A DNA stretch of 64,000 nt from the human T2T-CHM13v2.0 reference genome, Homo sapiens, in NCBI RefSeq assembly GCF_009914755.1, contig NC_060944.1; one strand, written 5' to 3'. Under the pieces are notes generated by a model. The model did not search any database, was not told where the DNA came from, and saw only the letters and a program-made list of their open reading frames with translations. Shown piece after piece: positions 14,659-34,315 of the stretch. How positions within the stretch are numbered: the first letter of the stretch is position 1; each line of letters starts with the position of its first letter. Made by a program: the position numbers and the translations under genes.

Positions 14659-16148
14659 AGCACATCCACTAACAGTGGTTACTGCTGGGGATTATGAGAG
14701 CCACAGAAATAGGACTTCCACTTTTTGTATAATATTCAAAATGTTATTCTTAATTTTCACTATAAAAATTTTATTCTAGTTTTATGCGTAAAGATTTAAA
14801 AATAACTAGTATTTTATTTATAATTACAACGTTCTATTAAAGCTAGGGGATTTATATCCTTACTAACAGAAATACAACAAGTAAAATTTATGTAGTCTAG
14901 GTAAACAGAAAATGTCACTATTTCATTAAAAGAGTAGGGTTCATTGAAAGTGAAAGGGAAAATTTGAGTCAATTAATTTAGGTAAATAATACCATGCATT
15001 TCCATCACTTCACAAGAGAGAAAGAAAGGCCAAGAGACGATGTGGACAGGAAAGCAGGGGCCTGGCAGAAGGAAAGGGATTGCATATAGAGGGAGTTTTT
15101 GGGGTCAGGTAAGGATTTGGGGGAAATGGGTAGAAAAACCAGTTGAGGGAGAGGGGATGAAGAAGGAGATGGGGGAAGGAGAGGGAAGAGGTGAGAGATG
15201 GAACTGTGTTTTTGTTGGCAATTCAAGTAAGAACCAAGACATCTCAGGAGCGTTCCCACGGAATGTCCAAATGCTCTGCCTTCCAGAAGCAGGTGCTGAT
15301 GTATTTCGGGAACTCTGTGGACATACTTAGCAGTCTAAATCTAGATTCCGGGTTGAATTCCCAGCACTCAGTTCACCCAGATCTGGCCTCCAGCAGCAGG
15401 ACCAGAAGCAGCAGCGAGGAGAGGCAGAAGCAGCAGCCACCTGGGCACTCCTCTCCATCACAGAAGCGGCTCCCAGATGGCTCTGTGGGCCCAGGCCCCT
15501 CTTCCTTCCATTCAGAAAAACACACAGCAGTTAACTGCATCCGTGTGTGCAATTGAGAAGGTAACACACTTCATTTCCTGTTCATTGAGGGACAAAGGTA
15601 TATGTGGCCTTTTGTCTCTCTTTTTGGGATTTACAATGAAAAGGAGGGGAGAGTAGAGAATGAGTCACTTTACCTTGCCTGTTCTATGTCCCCACAAGAC
15701 CGTACCCTTAGAAAACCACAAAGGGAGGCTGGGTTTGCAATTACTTGAAGAACGGGAAGGTGGATGAGAATCCAAGAGATGCTCTTTATTTTCTGTTTGG
15801 CCAGGAAAAAGCAAAAACCTGGCTCCGAAGCAGTCAGAAATAGAAGTGGGAAAAGAAGTAAGTGATGTGCGTTCTTGAGGTCCTCCGAAGAGATGTCTTG
15901 GAGACAACAGAAATAAATGACCCTGTAAATTTTCTTTATCCTACTGGGCACCTTGACCAGAGCACCTGGAGCTGTGGCCTTGCACAGGTGTTGGGGAGGA
16001 ACTCTTCTGGATTAAACATGGAAAACCCACCAACCACAGAGATGCAAGCTTCAAGTGAGCGTATCTGCGCTGCTAGTATCCTAGCGGGGTGGGAATCAGA
16101 ATGCAATGACCTCGATGTGTGTTATTACATAGGTAGAAGGTTCTAGAA

Positions 16149-17892
<1,744 letters not shown>

Positions 17893-18199
17893 TCTGGACT
17901 CTAGAAGATGCTCTGATTCAAGAGGATGTAAAGAAATTCTCTAAGCCGATAAGAAAAATAGAAGAAACCCAAATGGGCAATGAGTGCATGGGAACTCACT
18001 CACCTCAGTGGAAAGGAGGGAATGGCAAGCCAGCCCACTGAAGCCCACTGGGGACATAGGACAAGTCTGCAAAGCAGAGACAGCCCCTCCAGGAAGAGCG
18101 ACCAGGCCTTGAGAGGACATGGCCTTAGGACCAGATCCAGGGAAGACACAGTCACTAACCCCTGGCTCATCTGGCAGGTGTGGGAAGCAGCCAGGCCCG

Positions 18200-18632
18200 T
18201 GGCTTCACCAGCTCCCCCCGATCTCTGCCTTCAGCTGTCCTGCAGCCTGGGTCAGGCACCTAGGCAGCTTTATGGCAGGCGGAGATGCACCACCCACATC
18301 CTCTTTCCAGGCAGGGCTTGCTGCCCTGGCTGTAGCGAGTGCGGCAGCAGGTGGCCTCCAGCTATCAGCAACTTCAGAGAGCTGCCTTGCCTGAGGTCCC
18401 GTCCCTTCTGGGGAAGCTCCCATCTGCCAGGGGGCTACAAAAGCACAGTGGACACCATGATGGGCAATTCTGGCTGATGGGAGCACCACCTGGTGGCTGA
18501 GGCATTCTTGGGCCACATAGCAGTTGACTGCCCTCTCCACCATCTTTTCACAAGTGTTAATCCCAATAAACACCCATCCTCTTCCATCCCAAACTGTCTT
18601 GGCATCTGCTTCTAGAGAGCCCAGCCTGGGGC
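18200..18632 (+). mobile_element. Old ERVL-type LTR (LTR16/LTR33-like) containing AATAAA at 18565
   Basis: 3' end cccaataaac..gtcttggcatctgcttctagagagccc resembles the ERVL LTR R/U5 region. Confidence 0.5.
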
Positions 18633-18802
18633 AAATTTCACGGGAAAGGGCGCATCTCCTGCAATTTGCCTGTGACCATGAGGGTGGAGGAGGGAGATGT
18701 GTCCCCATGGGTTCCAGCTTGTCCTTGCTCGTCCCCTTCATGCTCACCTGTACTTCCTGAACGTAGCCCTGCTGTGGTACAGCATCTTCAGGCCCACCAT
18801 CA

Positions 18803-19170
<368 letters not shown>

Positions 19171-20483
19171 GTTTTAAAAATCTCATTCCCTTTCACTTAA
19201 AGTGGCTCTGTTCCCTCAACAAGCCCTGTCATTAGGAAAAGAAAAAGAAAGCTTTAGAAAGGACAAAAAACAACATGATTTTTCACATCAGAAATGTTCT
19301 GCCTTAAAATGTGTTTAATTTTCCTGAAAATATGTACTTTAATATTAATAGAACATTTTATGTGACCCTGTAGGATTTCATCAGAAAGCGTTAAATATTA
19401 GGCTGCCTTTTCACTTTTTAGTCCTATTTTAACGGAGGTTTGATTCTGAAAGAGTGAAATTCAAGGGTGATGAATGTAGGCTGTGAGCTTTAGAGAAAGG
19501 AAAGGACCCTAGCATGAGACATCAGATGCGTGATTTACAGATCCCTGAGTCTGGCCAGCCGGCACTGGAAGGGCCTCTTGGTTTCAGAAGGTAGAATCCT
19601 CCAAGAGGGAGTGTGGAAAACCTAAGAGGCGTTAAAAGCGTGGTTCCTGCACTCAGGGCACAAAAGTTCCCCACCAAGAACCCCAAGGCAATTGTTTCTA
19701 GAACCCACGGGTCCATGAGGCCCTCCCTGCTCCCTGAGGTCTGGGGAAAATGGCCTTGAACCCCATTACCCCCCACTAGACTTCTCCCTCTGCACATCTT
19801 TTCACAAGTGTTGATCCCAATAAACATCCATCCTCTTCCATCCCAAAGGCAGGGTTTGCTGCTTGGCGGTGGCAAGCACTTCCATCCCTTCCTTCACACA
19901 GGATGTGAGTGGCAGAGGCACCTGGTGCCCTATAGCCACCATCCAAGCATGACTGCTGTTGCTTTTCTTCTATCTTCTGAATCTCATGCAGTTTTTCTTG
20001 GGGCCAACCCTGAAGAGAACCATAAGGGAAGAGAATTCTGGGCAAAGTAGTCCCAGCCAAGCTGACACAGGGCAAACCACCACAGGCCCCAAACCAGATG
20101 ATCACACTCCCCAGTCTCCCTGGACACTGGCCACCATGCAGCAGCCTCCCTTACACGAGTGGCTGAGGGGCTGATAGGGGTAGGAGCAGTGGCGGTGCCT
20201 GCCCAGGGGCCTGTGTTCCCGCGACTTTGCACCCTCTGTCCTCCCACAGACAGCTGCCCAGTCTAGGGAAGTATCACCACCCAGCAGGTGGTGATAACAG
20301 TAACCACCTCAACAAGGCCCATTACTTATTGTGCTGAATTAATTATAGCAAATTAATAAATATTCTATTACTTATGTTAACACAAACTAGTTAGGGACTT
20401 CAGAACTGCAGCATTACCACCCAAAGATTAAAATAATGACGTGAAGAAAGGAATGAGTCAAAATTACACATTCTTGTAAGTGG

Positions 20484-20489
20484 TTTATT
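20484..20489 (-). terminator. Polyadenylation signal AATAAA for DZANK1
   Basis: tttatt on the + strand about 1 kb past the stop, with U/GU-rich sequence downstream on the minus strand. Confidence 0.7.
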
Positions 20490-21161
20490 GAGAGCTGATT
20501 TGTCAATCAAAGAACACACCATAATGATGGGAATATTGATGATTTCAACATAAAAAAATTTAAATAAGGTCAATCTTTACATAGTAATTAGGAGCCACTT
20601 ACAAGATGTATCAAGCAAACAGAGCAAGATACAGAACAGTGTGTGGTTGGTTTGCTACCATTTGTTTTAAAAGAGGGGAAAGAATATATATGTGCTACAG
20701 ACATGTTTATATGCTATGTGTACTCCTCTGTACATGTGCTTATACCACATGTATGTGCATATCTAACTCTGCACAACCCCGGGAAAGGCAAGTCGACGCT
20801 GATGTCATTGCTGGCTGAGGAGAGAGGTGGTGGCTGTGGGACAGAATGGGAGGGACGTATCCCTACATAATACTTCATACCTTTTAGCTTTGAACCATGT
20901 GCAATTATTACCTATTGAAAAATAAGTTAAAAACTAAAAATCAAATACACAAAAAACCTGCAGCAATAAACCATTAAAAAACATACATTCAGTTTATCAC
21001 AGTCCACAGTATACTGGGAGCTGTCCATTTAGTACTGATGGCTTATACTGTCATATGATTTAAAAAAAAAATCTCCTGAGTTCCTCTCAACCTCAATTTC
21101 TAATCTCAAATACACATTTCAGAAAGACATGATTAAAGAATAGCCAGAGCTGCACATATTC

Positions 21162-21453
<292 letters not shown>

Positions 21454-21495
21454 CATGCACGTATTCTTAAATGAAGTCCCGTGGAGGCCTCAGGG

Positions 21496-21714
<219 letters not shown>

Positions 21715-22051
21715 CTAAGAGCTTGACTCTACCCTGCCATGGAGGCCAGGCTGGGCCCCTCCTGGTCCCACCTCCCCAAACCTCTCCCCAAGAGGTCACA
21801 GTGACTTCAGTTCTCAGAGGTGGCTCTACCCTGAAACCTTTAAAGAGGCTCTGTGATTTCAAAATGTCCAATTGCAAATCCTGGCCATTGGTTCCCATTG
21901 CATTAAAGTCCTACAACTGAGTGTGTTTAATGGGGGCAACATTTTCATTGCGCTTTGAAAAGCCCTCAGTGCCCCGGAAGCCATGGTGGGATGGTGGTCC
22001 CCATGGACAGGGACAGCAGTTCAGGAACCAAGGCCCCTCTTAAAATCATCA

Positions 22052-22219
<168 letters not shown>

Positions 22220-22480
22220 TTAGTTAGCATCATCAGGAAACTGGAGAGGATGCATGTGACCCAAGGTCCTGGTTTTGCTCACCGACCTACTTAACTAACC
22301 TGGGAAACCTCTTGAGTCTCCTCTCTCTGCCTTTCTCTTGGAGGAATACTGTGATGGAGGGTAAGCTTTGATACTAGATAGTGCAAAGGTTATAAACACA
22401 TTCATTTTTTAATGTGAGAAACCCACAAGGATATGGTTGGTAGTTGATTTAATAAATGCTAATAAATACCATTGTTCTAA

Positions 22481-22783
<303 letters not shown>

Positions 22784-24046
22784 AGGACACAGTCTTAACT
22801 TTGGCTTGGACCTCTTGGGCACGATAGTAGCTTCTCAGGGCTGAAGCTCCTATTTTTGTGTGGGGAAAATGACCTTGGCTCCAGTGAGTTGGGCTTACAT
22901 GATATGAAAATAAACACCAATCTTAGAAACCAGGGGGCAGGCCTGAGAGGTCAGACACAGCATATTTTGCTGCAATGCCAGGGTTTCTCTCCGTATTTCC
23001 TGGTCAGGTTTGACCTAGTGAGGGAGGAGTGGGCAACTGAAATGGAGGCTGGAGTGGCGCCAGGACTCCTGAAAGGCTCCTATGCAGAGGTGGCAGGAGT
23101 GAAGGAGGGCAGGAGTAATGACTGGAAGTAGAAATGAGATAGGCATTGACGGTCTGAACTCTCTCTGCCCCTGCTCCTTCCTTTGACGCCATCACCCTCA
23201 TCCTCCACACCTGCAGATGTGCCTGCAGCCATGCATTGATCCCTATGGAGAAAAAGGAGAGTGGCTTCCTCTCTGATGAAGATAAAGAGAACCGCTGGTG
23301 AGAATCAGAGGGAAGCTTTTCACTTTCTGGGACCCAGGGGTCCTAGCCTGGGAGTAGCTCCATCTACCCAGAAAGCCTCCTGGTTGACAAAGCCGTTCTC
23401 TTATACACAGAGTTACCAGTCATGTAGCCCAAACTCCATTCTCAAATGTGAATGGACAACAAAGGTTCACAGACATCTGAGAAAAACCTGTAGAATCAAA
23501 GAGAAAACCACGATACACAAACACAAGGAATTTAAAACAAGACAAAAATCTAACTGGTATCTGCAGAATGAGTCAAGATAATATTGCACAAAAGTATGAG
23601 ACTATGAAAAAGAAACAATCAGAACAAAAGCAGCTCCTAGAAAGAATAACGTTTATTCAATAGGAAGAATGGACAACAAAGTTAGGAAAATCTCTCGAAA
23701 GATAGAAGAGAAAAAGATAGATGAAACTATGGAAAAATAGAAAAGAAAGACAGACATATGGAGTTAATTCAAGCCATCCACTGTCCAACTAACAGTTCTA
23801 GAAAGAGAATAGAAAAATGGAGGGGAGAAAATGCCAAAGAGATAATAGAACAAATTTTTCCTAACCTGAAGAAAGATAAGACTTTTTAAATTGAAAAGGC
23901 CAACTGGGTGAATCAAAAACAGCACATCTAAAAATGCCCTTGTGGAATTTCAGAACATCAAGGATAAATGCTTTCAGAAAGAACAAACAAAGAGGTCACA
24001 AATGAAGAATTTGCCATAGAATGTTCATGGGCTATGCTGTGTGCCA

Positions 24047-24127
24047 GTGTATTAGTCCATTTTCACACTGCTGATAAAGACATACCCAAGATTGGGCAGT
24101 TTACAAAAGAAAGAGGTTTAACTGGAA
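24047..24127 (-). mobile_element. THE1/MST LTR 3'-end fragment
   Basis: tgtattagtccattttcacactgctgataaagacataccc motif. Confidence 0.7.
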
Positions 24128-26805
24128 TTAGTCTGGAAAAGACTGATTTCCTCCTTATCTTTCATCCTTTCTTCCTCACTGGTGGCATAGAGCTTAACTC
24201 TCTGTCACTTCACCCCTATGGTTCCTTGGGCCTTTATAAAGCATTCACCATTTGAACTGGGATATATTCATAGGGTTGCCGCATCTCCTAAGTAGACTTA
24301 AGATCTTCTTTCTTCACAATTCTCCCCATATTGAGAGCAGAGGGTTCATTCTATGTATTGCATGGGGGGTTTGCTGGTGGTTAGATTTTCTGTGCTGGCT
24401 ATTTCCTATGTATCCACAGTTCAGTTTTGGAAAATGCTGAATGGTGACTCTGCCATGGAATTTGTATTTTAAAGAAACTTTACTATTCATATACAAACAA
24501 TTCAAACTATTTACTCAAATCTAAGTATCATGGTAGATTAATGTACATTCTCTCCTTAAATTACCTAATGGAATAAATGTCCACAGCTGAACCTCTAAGA
24601 AGTAGACTGATGCTTGCATCTTCCTCACCTGGCTACTGGGGCAGAGCCAGAGGATGGCATGTTTGGAATCGCCAATGCAGTGAGGAAGGGCAGCTCTTGT
24701 CCAAAAGCAAACAGCATTTCTCTGGGCCTCTCACCTAGTGAGATCCTGAGCCTGTGTTTCTGAAATCTGCTAGTAAGAGGAATGAGCTTTGGTGGAGGAT
24801 GTGAATTTCTCCTGGCCATTCCCTTTTGTTGAATATGAGTTCATTCTGGTAGGAATGATACAAACATGGAACTAGGAAATTAGGAAAGAGTTTTCTGCCA
24901 CCTGCCAAGCTACTTAATGGAAGTTACCTGGTGAAGAGACCACCTAGGCTCCACTAGCCAAACATGCTCAGATGGGAGACAGCATTTTAATTCTTGTTTG
25001 CTAAGGAACAACTCGCTGAGCCTCTTTTACAGTAAAACCAGATCTCTGGATGACTTATGCCTAAAAGCAATAGGATGGATGGAACTTTGAGGCCATGTTC
25101 CTGGGTCTACAGAGGTCCAGCTATGGGGCAGAGGCTGGGCTGATCCAGGCCCAAACTCTTGAAACTAACAGATATAAACCAGACTTGGCAGAATGTGGCT
25201 CTCAGTGGGAAATGCTACTTTCCTCTACTGGCATGCACTGGAAAGGAAGAAGAGATCCCTGTGCTCTACGTGAGAGAGGGCCAACCCTCTAGCTTTCCTC
25301 CCCACAACCATGTGAGCTGCATACTGCCCACAGTCACCATGATCCTGCAGGGGGGTGACAAAGGCTATTACACACCATTCAGATAGACAGGTATAACCGC
25401 AGTGTCAGACTTTACAGACATGCAATGAGATCACATGTGGATAAATGCCAATTTACAGAATGGTGGTGAAGCAAACATGGAAGCTGAGGCACAGCAAAAT
25501 AAAAAGGCAATCTGTTCAATGCCCAGGGCACTTTCCTCCTCTTAGCTGGACTCTTCATAAAGCCAGGACTCACGCTGCTTACACTTCAATTCAAAATGCG
25601 CTCAAGTAATTTCTGTATCAACCACAAACATACTTAAATGCTATTTAAAAAGCTTTTCTGAATTATAAAAATATAAAATATGCCTTAACACAAAACAAGG
25701 CAGCACCATTTTATTAATAATGACAATAATACAACAGTGTGGGATAAATAAATAAGTTGACACAGTAAACTCTAAGAAAACTTGAGAAAATAAATTCCAA
25801 GCATCGAAGCTTTACACCAACACACCAAACATTCTGCTGTAAAATAAAACTAACAAAAGGGGGGTAGAAGCTATTAAAATGCAGACATTAGTAAAATGCA
25901 TATAGAAAAATTAACAGGATTATATTTTGAACACTAACACTAGAGACAGTTTTGAAACAGAGAATAACAGAAGCAAAGCTACTGAAATTTTGGCCTCCGT
26001 GGTAGCATGAAGTACACAGCAGAATGTTCCACTGACACGGACCTTGACCTCGCCTTAGTAAGACTTCAGGAGGTAGGAGTGTTAGATGCCTGTGATGTCC
26101 CTAGAAGACTCATTTCAACAACGTAGTCGGCAAGATATGAGCAGTTAACATGAATGACTCATGCTCAAGGAATTTTCACCCCATATTTTCAAAGTACTTT
26201 TTGAAAGAACAACAGAAGCACACAGCTAGAAGAGAAGGTTATTGGACAGGAGTGGACCAAGACTGGGAGGGTAAGTAACAGGACTTGGTACCTTTCTGTT
26301 TTGTATCACGGGTGGGAAAGCAAGGCAGCAGGAGACCATGTGGTGACCTCAGATGTACCAGTCTCCTCTGCAGTGGTGTGAGATCTGGAGACAACCGTAT
26401 GATATTTTCTTTCTGCATTAACTTCATGGGGATATTTTCATGGGGAATACACTGAGGTCTGTCTTCCCTTGGTGTTTTCACGATTCATGATGAAAACATT
26501 GATTAACACCCCAAGGGCTAAGGATTTACTGGCCCCACACAGTATAAGTTTATGAATTAACAAAATGTATCATCATTTATAAAAGCCACTAAATTAGGCA
26601 ATCCAACAGTCCATTTTTAAAATTTCGCTTTACCCAGCTATGGAAAACAGAAGGCGTTAAGCCTCTTATTAAAGCTGAAATAGGTTAAAATGGTTAAAGT
26701 GGCTGAAACTGAACAGGGTGTGTGTGTAGACCGCTTCTGCTGCAGTGGAGCTCCAAGCAGTCAGCCTGCTGCTACCTTAGCTCTCCTTTCAATGTGTTTC
26801 ACTTA

Positions 26806-27000
<195 letters not shown>

Positions 27001-27370
27001 CTATGAAGTATAACAGATGTCCTTTACAGAGCTGATGCAACTAAAGTGCTTTCAGATCAAAGGAGAGGAGAATCAGGAACCTCAAGACCTGACCTACGAT
27101 GAACAGAGCTACAAAGTTACCCAGGTGACAAAACTTCTGTTCCCCACATGGGCGGGGAGGGGAGGGCAGGCACCCTGACAACCTTGCTTCTTTAGGAAAC
27201 CCAGGATAAAGGTAATATGGGGTCATGGGCCAGAGATTCTATCCAGCTTCATGCATGTTCCTTGGTCTCATCTGTGCTTCTCTGCCTATTTTCTCTGATA
27301 TAAAAACTAGCAACAGGGAACAATTAATATAAAGCTTTTGACTAGCCATTCACTATATCCCGGGTTTTTA

Positions 27371-27586
<216 letters not shown>

Positions 27587-28020
27587 TCATTTCCCCCACT
27601 TCAAAATATTCACTCAAGGCAAACACTTTCTTTCCAACATTGAATTCTAAGTCACAAGGACAGGTGACTATGAGTGTGTGCATGTGTGAGTGTGTGAGTG
27701 GTCTTTAATAGCCCACAGCACAAATATCCACATCTAATATCAATCTTGCTGCTCCAAAACCTTGCTTCAGGCAAGGTTACCGCATGGACACTATTTTATA
27801 TTAAGGACAAGGATGCCATGAGAAACCTCACAAAACCCAGAAACTCCACACTAGTTTTATTATGACTAGAGCTCTAGGAAAAGCAATCAGGTGAATCCTA
27901 AAATTTATTTTGCATACTTTATAAAGTGTTCAAGGTCAGCCGAAGTATGACAGTTCAGAAAATATACTCCCCTGAGGAACGAATGAGCCAATAAATTGAC
28001 TTCTTCTTTAGAAAAAAAAG

Positions 28021-28638
<618 letters not shown>

Positions 28639-29891
28639 GAGTAACTTATCTTTTTATATTTTTAAATGCCATAAATTCATCTTTATATATAAAGAATTTC
28701 AAATGCTGAAAGACTGAAGGAAGCTGTTTAGAAAGCAAGAGACATTGCTTTTAGTATGTTTCTGCCTCTGGATCCCGGGCATGGCTGTGGGGTGGTCACA
28801 GGACCACCATTTCCATTTGTAAAGTGGAAATAATACCTTCCCTGTCCTTGCTCCTGTGAAGCCATGGCCATGAGGACACTGGTCAAGGCCTCTGAGCCTT
28901 TCAGAAGATGATGCCTGGTCCAGGCGGTGCTGCCTCCTTTCTCGCTGTCCCCATCTTACTGATGAATAGCTTAGAACCAAGTACTCTAATCAGTAAACCC
29001 CCAGCAGGGGTCTTGGGGAGCACTTGTTTACACTGATTTCCATTCCTCATGGAAATGTGTACTAGAATGCAGTAGGCATGTCAGCTTCAGGAGGTGTGAG
29101 ACCTTTACGTCTTTTGTTTAGGTTTTATTTTCAACACGTAGAACAGTGCCTGGTACACGTGTGCTCAAAAATAATCACTGAATGAGTGAACAAATGTTAC
29201 AGCTTCTGATACTTATCCCCTAAGTGCAAATGAGAAAAAAAAGCCATATACAGTGGAAGATTCAGGTTATACACAGAGTAAATAGGTAGAGTCTCCCAAA
29301 TTGTAAGCTGTTCAGTTTATGGAACTCTATGCTTTTATACCCAATAACAATATTTCAAACTGGGAGAAGGTGGTGAGTACAAGAAATCCTAAAATACAAA
29401 AGTTAAAACAATTCTAACATATTCTTTCCAAATGTACTGGTGTTTGTTACATACAAAGCATGTGGTGGGAAGAAAAAAAAGATAAAGAACAGAGTCCCTG
29501 CCTCCAGAGGAATCAGGAGGCAAGCTGGGCGGCTAGTGCACTGACAAGGCGGCGTTGAGGGCCTGGCCTTGGAACCACACATGGAGGGAAGCACACGGCA
29601 TCATGCAAGTGTCCAGCTCGGACCCGGGCCCAGGCCTTGGGACTTGCTGCTAATCACATCTGTTCTTTGTATTGCAGCCAAGGAGGACCAATTAAAAGGC
29701 AAGGCTGGGGATGGAGCAGGTGGCATCCACTGCCCTTTTCTCCAAAGCTCCTTTTAGAACTATTCTTGGCATATATTTTTAAAACACAAAACTCTAAAGA
29801 TGTGGGAAACTCTAAAACGGTACTGACCATCGGTGAATTAGTAATTTTGAGAAATTCCAAGAAGACTGAAAGTAGATGAAATCTGACAGGG

Positions 29892-29923
29892 AAACCAAAC
29901 CAAACCAAACCAAACCAAACCAA
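29892..29923 (+). repeat. (AAACC)n pentanucleotide repeat
   Basis: About 6 units. Confidence 0.9.
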
Positions 29924-30753
29924 CAAAAATCCAGCTGAAGATACCAGAGGTAGGAGTGTTTTCTTTCCAGGGGAGCCCTGCAGAAGCTTAAATTAATCCA
30001 TATGGAGGTTAGGTGTTGGGCGTAGCCTGAATGCATGAGTAGATTATTAAGGGCTCCGTGGTGAATAGCTGAGATCGCTAGTGCCTTACCCCTTCTTCCC
30101 CATGTAAGAAGGGCAGGAGGCTTGTGCACTTTGCCCCGATAACTATTTCGCAGAAAGCATAAGATTTGCCCAACAAAGGCTTCTACTTGGTGCACTGGGG
30201 CCCAAGAAAGGAGAAGGGCAGAGCCTAGACCTCCATGACAGACACAGGGGAGGGTGTAGAGGGAAAGGAAAAAAGCTTCATCCCAAGCTGAAACCCGTGA
30301 GAGCGCTTCACACACCAACACCCTCACCACCAGAGGAAGACCTTTTCCACCAGCAACACAGGGGATCTGAAGGCTTTCTCCTGCTCCCTGCCCACACTCC
30401 CTCCAGGGACGTCTGTCCACGACATGCCCGTCCACTCACACAGGGACTTCAGGGTCCATCCTCATGCTGGGCACCAGGCCAGCATCTGCACTACCCAACT
30501 AGTCTTCATTTGTCAAACGACCAGACAACCAAGGTTCCATATTTGAGGCAAACCAAAGTCGAAAGATAGGCAGACAGAACTGACCCCAGAGGAAACACAG
30601 AGATGATTCAGGAAACTGATGGGAACTTTGAAATAACTCTAATTCATAATCTTGAGATACTTTAAAGAAGTCTAAAGGACAAGGATGCCATGAGAAACCT
30701 CATAAAAAAGGAACAGAAAATGAGAAATTATTCTTCCATTTTAAAAAAGGTCA

Positions 30754-30984
<231 letters not shown>

Positions 30985-31282
30985 TTACTTCCACGTCCCT
31001 CAAAAGTCAGAGGATAAAATGGCTATCATAGAAATTTCTATTTGATTAAACCTGGCAGGAGAGACTCCTGGAGCCACTCTCCTGTCCAGGAACCAGAGGA
31101 AGGGTGGGAAGGAGAGGAAAAGAGGGACTTCGGTTTTTAGGTCCAAAAGTGCACCCCACAAATGAATTTCCCCAAGCCCTGTAAAGGACTTCAAAAGTCT
31201 CACCTCTGACTTCAGAGAAGCCAGAGAAATAAAACGTCTGGAACATAACTGCAAGATCTGTGACCGGGCTGTCAAACTCTTA

Positions 31283-31612
<330 letters not shown>

Positions 31613-32184
31613 TCACCTCCCCAGCATGCTTTGTCCGTTCTGCCCCTTACCCGCGGCTCAGTCTGGCCCCTCCTCCTCTCCCTCCCTGAAGCCCCAGCCC
31701 CCTCGTCTCACATTGGGACCATCACAATAGCCTTTCAACAGGGGTCTGCCAGCCTCCCTGCATGTGGCTGTCCCAGTCACCTTGATATCCTTTATAAGTG
31801 ATTGTGTCATTTCTCTGCTTAAAGTCCTTCAATGTCTTGGAATTAGGGTGTCATGATGGGAAGGTCTCAGGCTGCCAAGTGTGAATCCTGGGTCTGCCAC
31901 TTACTAACTTAGTGCCCTTGGAAGAAGCAGGTTGCTTAACTTCTCTGAGCCTCAGTTTCCTCACCTGGAAAGTGGAAATAATATGACCTACCTCAATGGC
32001 ATGTCGTGAAAGCAAAATGCAGTAAAATGGGCGTCTACATAATGAGGCCAGACACAGAAGTCTGTGTGCACCCGGACTGATCCCCCTGCACCCTCACGTG
32101 GCTGCCTGCTCCTGTCCCAGGGAAGAGCCTGCTACTTCCTGAACACTAGAACATGCAGGCTAACAAAAGATTTATTAAACCTAG

Positions 32185-32505
32185 GGCCCAGGTGCAGTGG
32201 CTCACTTCTGTAATCCCAGCACTTTGGGAGGCTGAGGCAGGTGATCACTTGAGGCCAGGAGTTCGAGACCAGCCTGGCCAACATGGTGAAACCCCATCTC
32301 TACTAAAAATACAAAACTTAGCTGGGTGTGGTGGTGTGACCCTGTAATCCCAGCTACACAGGCAGCTGAGGAACGAGAATTGCTGGAACCCAGGAGGGGG
32401 AGGTTTGCAGTGAGCCAAGATTGTGCTACTGCACTCCAGCCTGGTTGACAGAGCAAGAATCTGTCTCAAAACAAAGCAAAACAAAACCAAACCAAAACAA
32501 AACAA
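32185..32505 (+). mobile_element. AluSx-like element
   Basis: Dimeric Alu with an (AAAAC)n tail. Confidence 0.9.
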
Positions 32506-33526
32506 TGACCTGGGAACAGTTACTCCAATTCTACTTGTGAGATAGCTAGCACATTGGAGGTGCTGCTGGTGGCCTGCCCCATTCCCACTAGCTGGCCAGG
32601 TTACTCACCCCAGCTGTTGTGTAGCTGCTAAGAGCTTACTGCTGGACCTCCTTCCCCAGCAAAGTGCCCTCAGTAGGTGGATGCTGCTTTGCCCTAGAGG
32701 TTATGCTCCCTCTCCTCCTTGCCTCAACTGGGGACAACTTTGTGGTTTAATTCATTCTCCAGAGTTCCCCTTGGATCAGGCTAAAGCTCAACTTTGCTTT
32801 TGTCTACCTGCTCATTCAGTCCCTTCCCCTTCCTTGACCTGCTTCTCTCACTTCCCTTCCCCTGAAGTTCCTCTCTGACCCAAGCTCTGCTCTAGTCACA
32901 ACAATTAAAAAGAGCAGTTAGTGCTTTATTTGGTTTCAAAGCACATTCATGTGCATTAGCTCGTTAGATACTCCCAGCCTACCCATGAGTTAGACAGGGC
33001 CCATGCTTCTATCCCAATTTCAACAACACCATTAGCACCTTGCCAGGGCCTAATAAATGTTAATTTCCCTCCTTTTCCTTGGCTTCTCAATTGATTGATT
33101 AATTATTCTGACTTTTTGTCCAGTGAAACTAAAGCTGCTAATGTCAATCAATTAATGTTTGAAACACATTTACAGGCTCTGTGGCAATGCCCCCGTCACC
33201 ATATAAAAGGGAAGATCAAGGACACATGGCCACAAAGTTTGGTTTATTTTATAGAAGAAAATATGTCAAAGGGCATATCAGCAAATATTTTTGTTAGTCT
33301 TTCCCCAAATCAATTATATCACAGACATGCCATCAGACTTCAGTGAGTCTGAATAAGCCTGAGAACTACAGAACAACTCCTGTTCTCACTATATCTTCAT
33401 GTGCCTGTCTGAGGTTTAACTTGTTTATCTAATTCTATGAAATTGCTTGCCTCTAGTAGCATTTCATAATGTGTGAAACTTTTCCTTTCTATGGATTACA
33501 CAGAAGCATTTCTATAAATTGTCTCA

Positions 33527-33655
<129 letters not shown>

Positions 33656-34103
33656 TTAAAAGAGTTGTAGAGAGAATTCATAACTGTGGGTGTGGGACTC
33701 ATTGCCTTAAGTAACAGTGTACAAATTCTGAGATGTCAAACTCTAAATTTAACCAAATATTTAATTAACACAGAAGAAAGTAGGAAAAGAAAAACAGAGC
33801 AACAAAAACTAGACGAGATAAATAGAAAACAAAGAACAAAATGGCAGATCCAAATCCAACCATATCTAAACTCTACTAATTATAAATAAACTACTCTAAA
33901 GAGACTGCCAAATTGAATAAAAAGGCAAGATCCAAATCTATGCATTCTTCAAGAGATGCACTTTAATCAAACTACATGACTAGATGTTATCACCTTGGAA
34001 AAGATATCCTGGTAGGGGGCGGGGACAGGGCTTGGTAATTAAGGGACAAGTATCACAGTTGAGCAGCTTTCTGTGTAAGTAGCAACAGGAATTTAGATTA
34101 AGC

Positions 34104-34315
34104 CAAGGGACAAGAAATGTTTTCATGAAGGGTCAGATAGTAAATATTTTAGGTCTTGTGGACCATATGTTCTGTATTGTGAATACTTTACTGTCATAGC
34201 ACAAAGCAGCCACATAAGTAAAGGAATGGGTGCAGCTGTGATCCAATAAAATTTTATTTATAAAATTGGGCAGCGGGCCAGATTTGTCTCAACCGCCACA
34301 GTTTGCAGATCTCTG
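34104..34315. mobile_element. MER58A-like hAT element
   Basis: About 210 bp; 8-bp TSD gattaagc/gattaggc. Confidence 0.75.

Noticed and set aside
17980-18747. Overlapping 165-aa and 180-aa ORFs
   Set aside because: GC-rich LTR-derived sequence open on both strands, with no protein motif.
29812-30435. 207-aa minus-strand ORF
   Set aside because: Intronic, no recognisable domain, runs through an (AAACC)n repeat, and is not needed for the DZANK1 frame.
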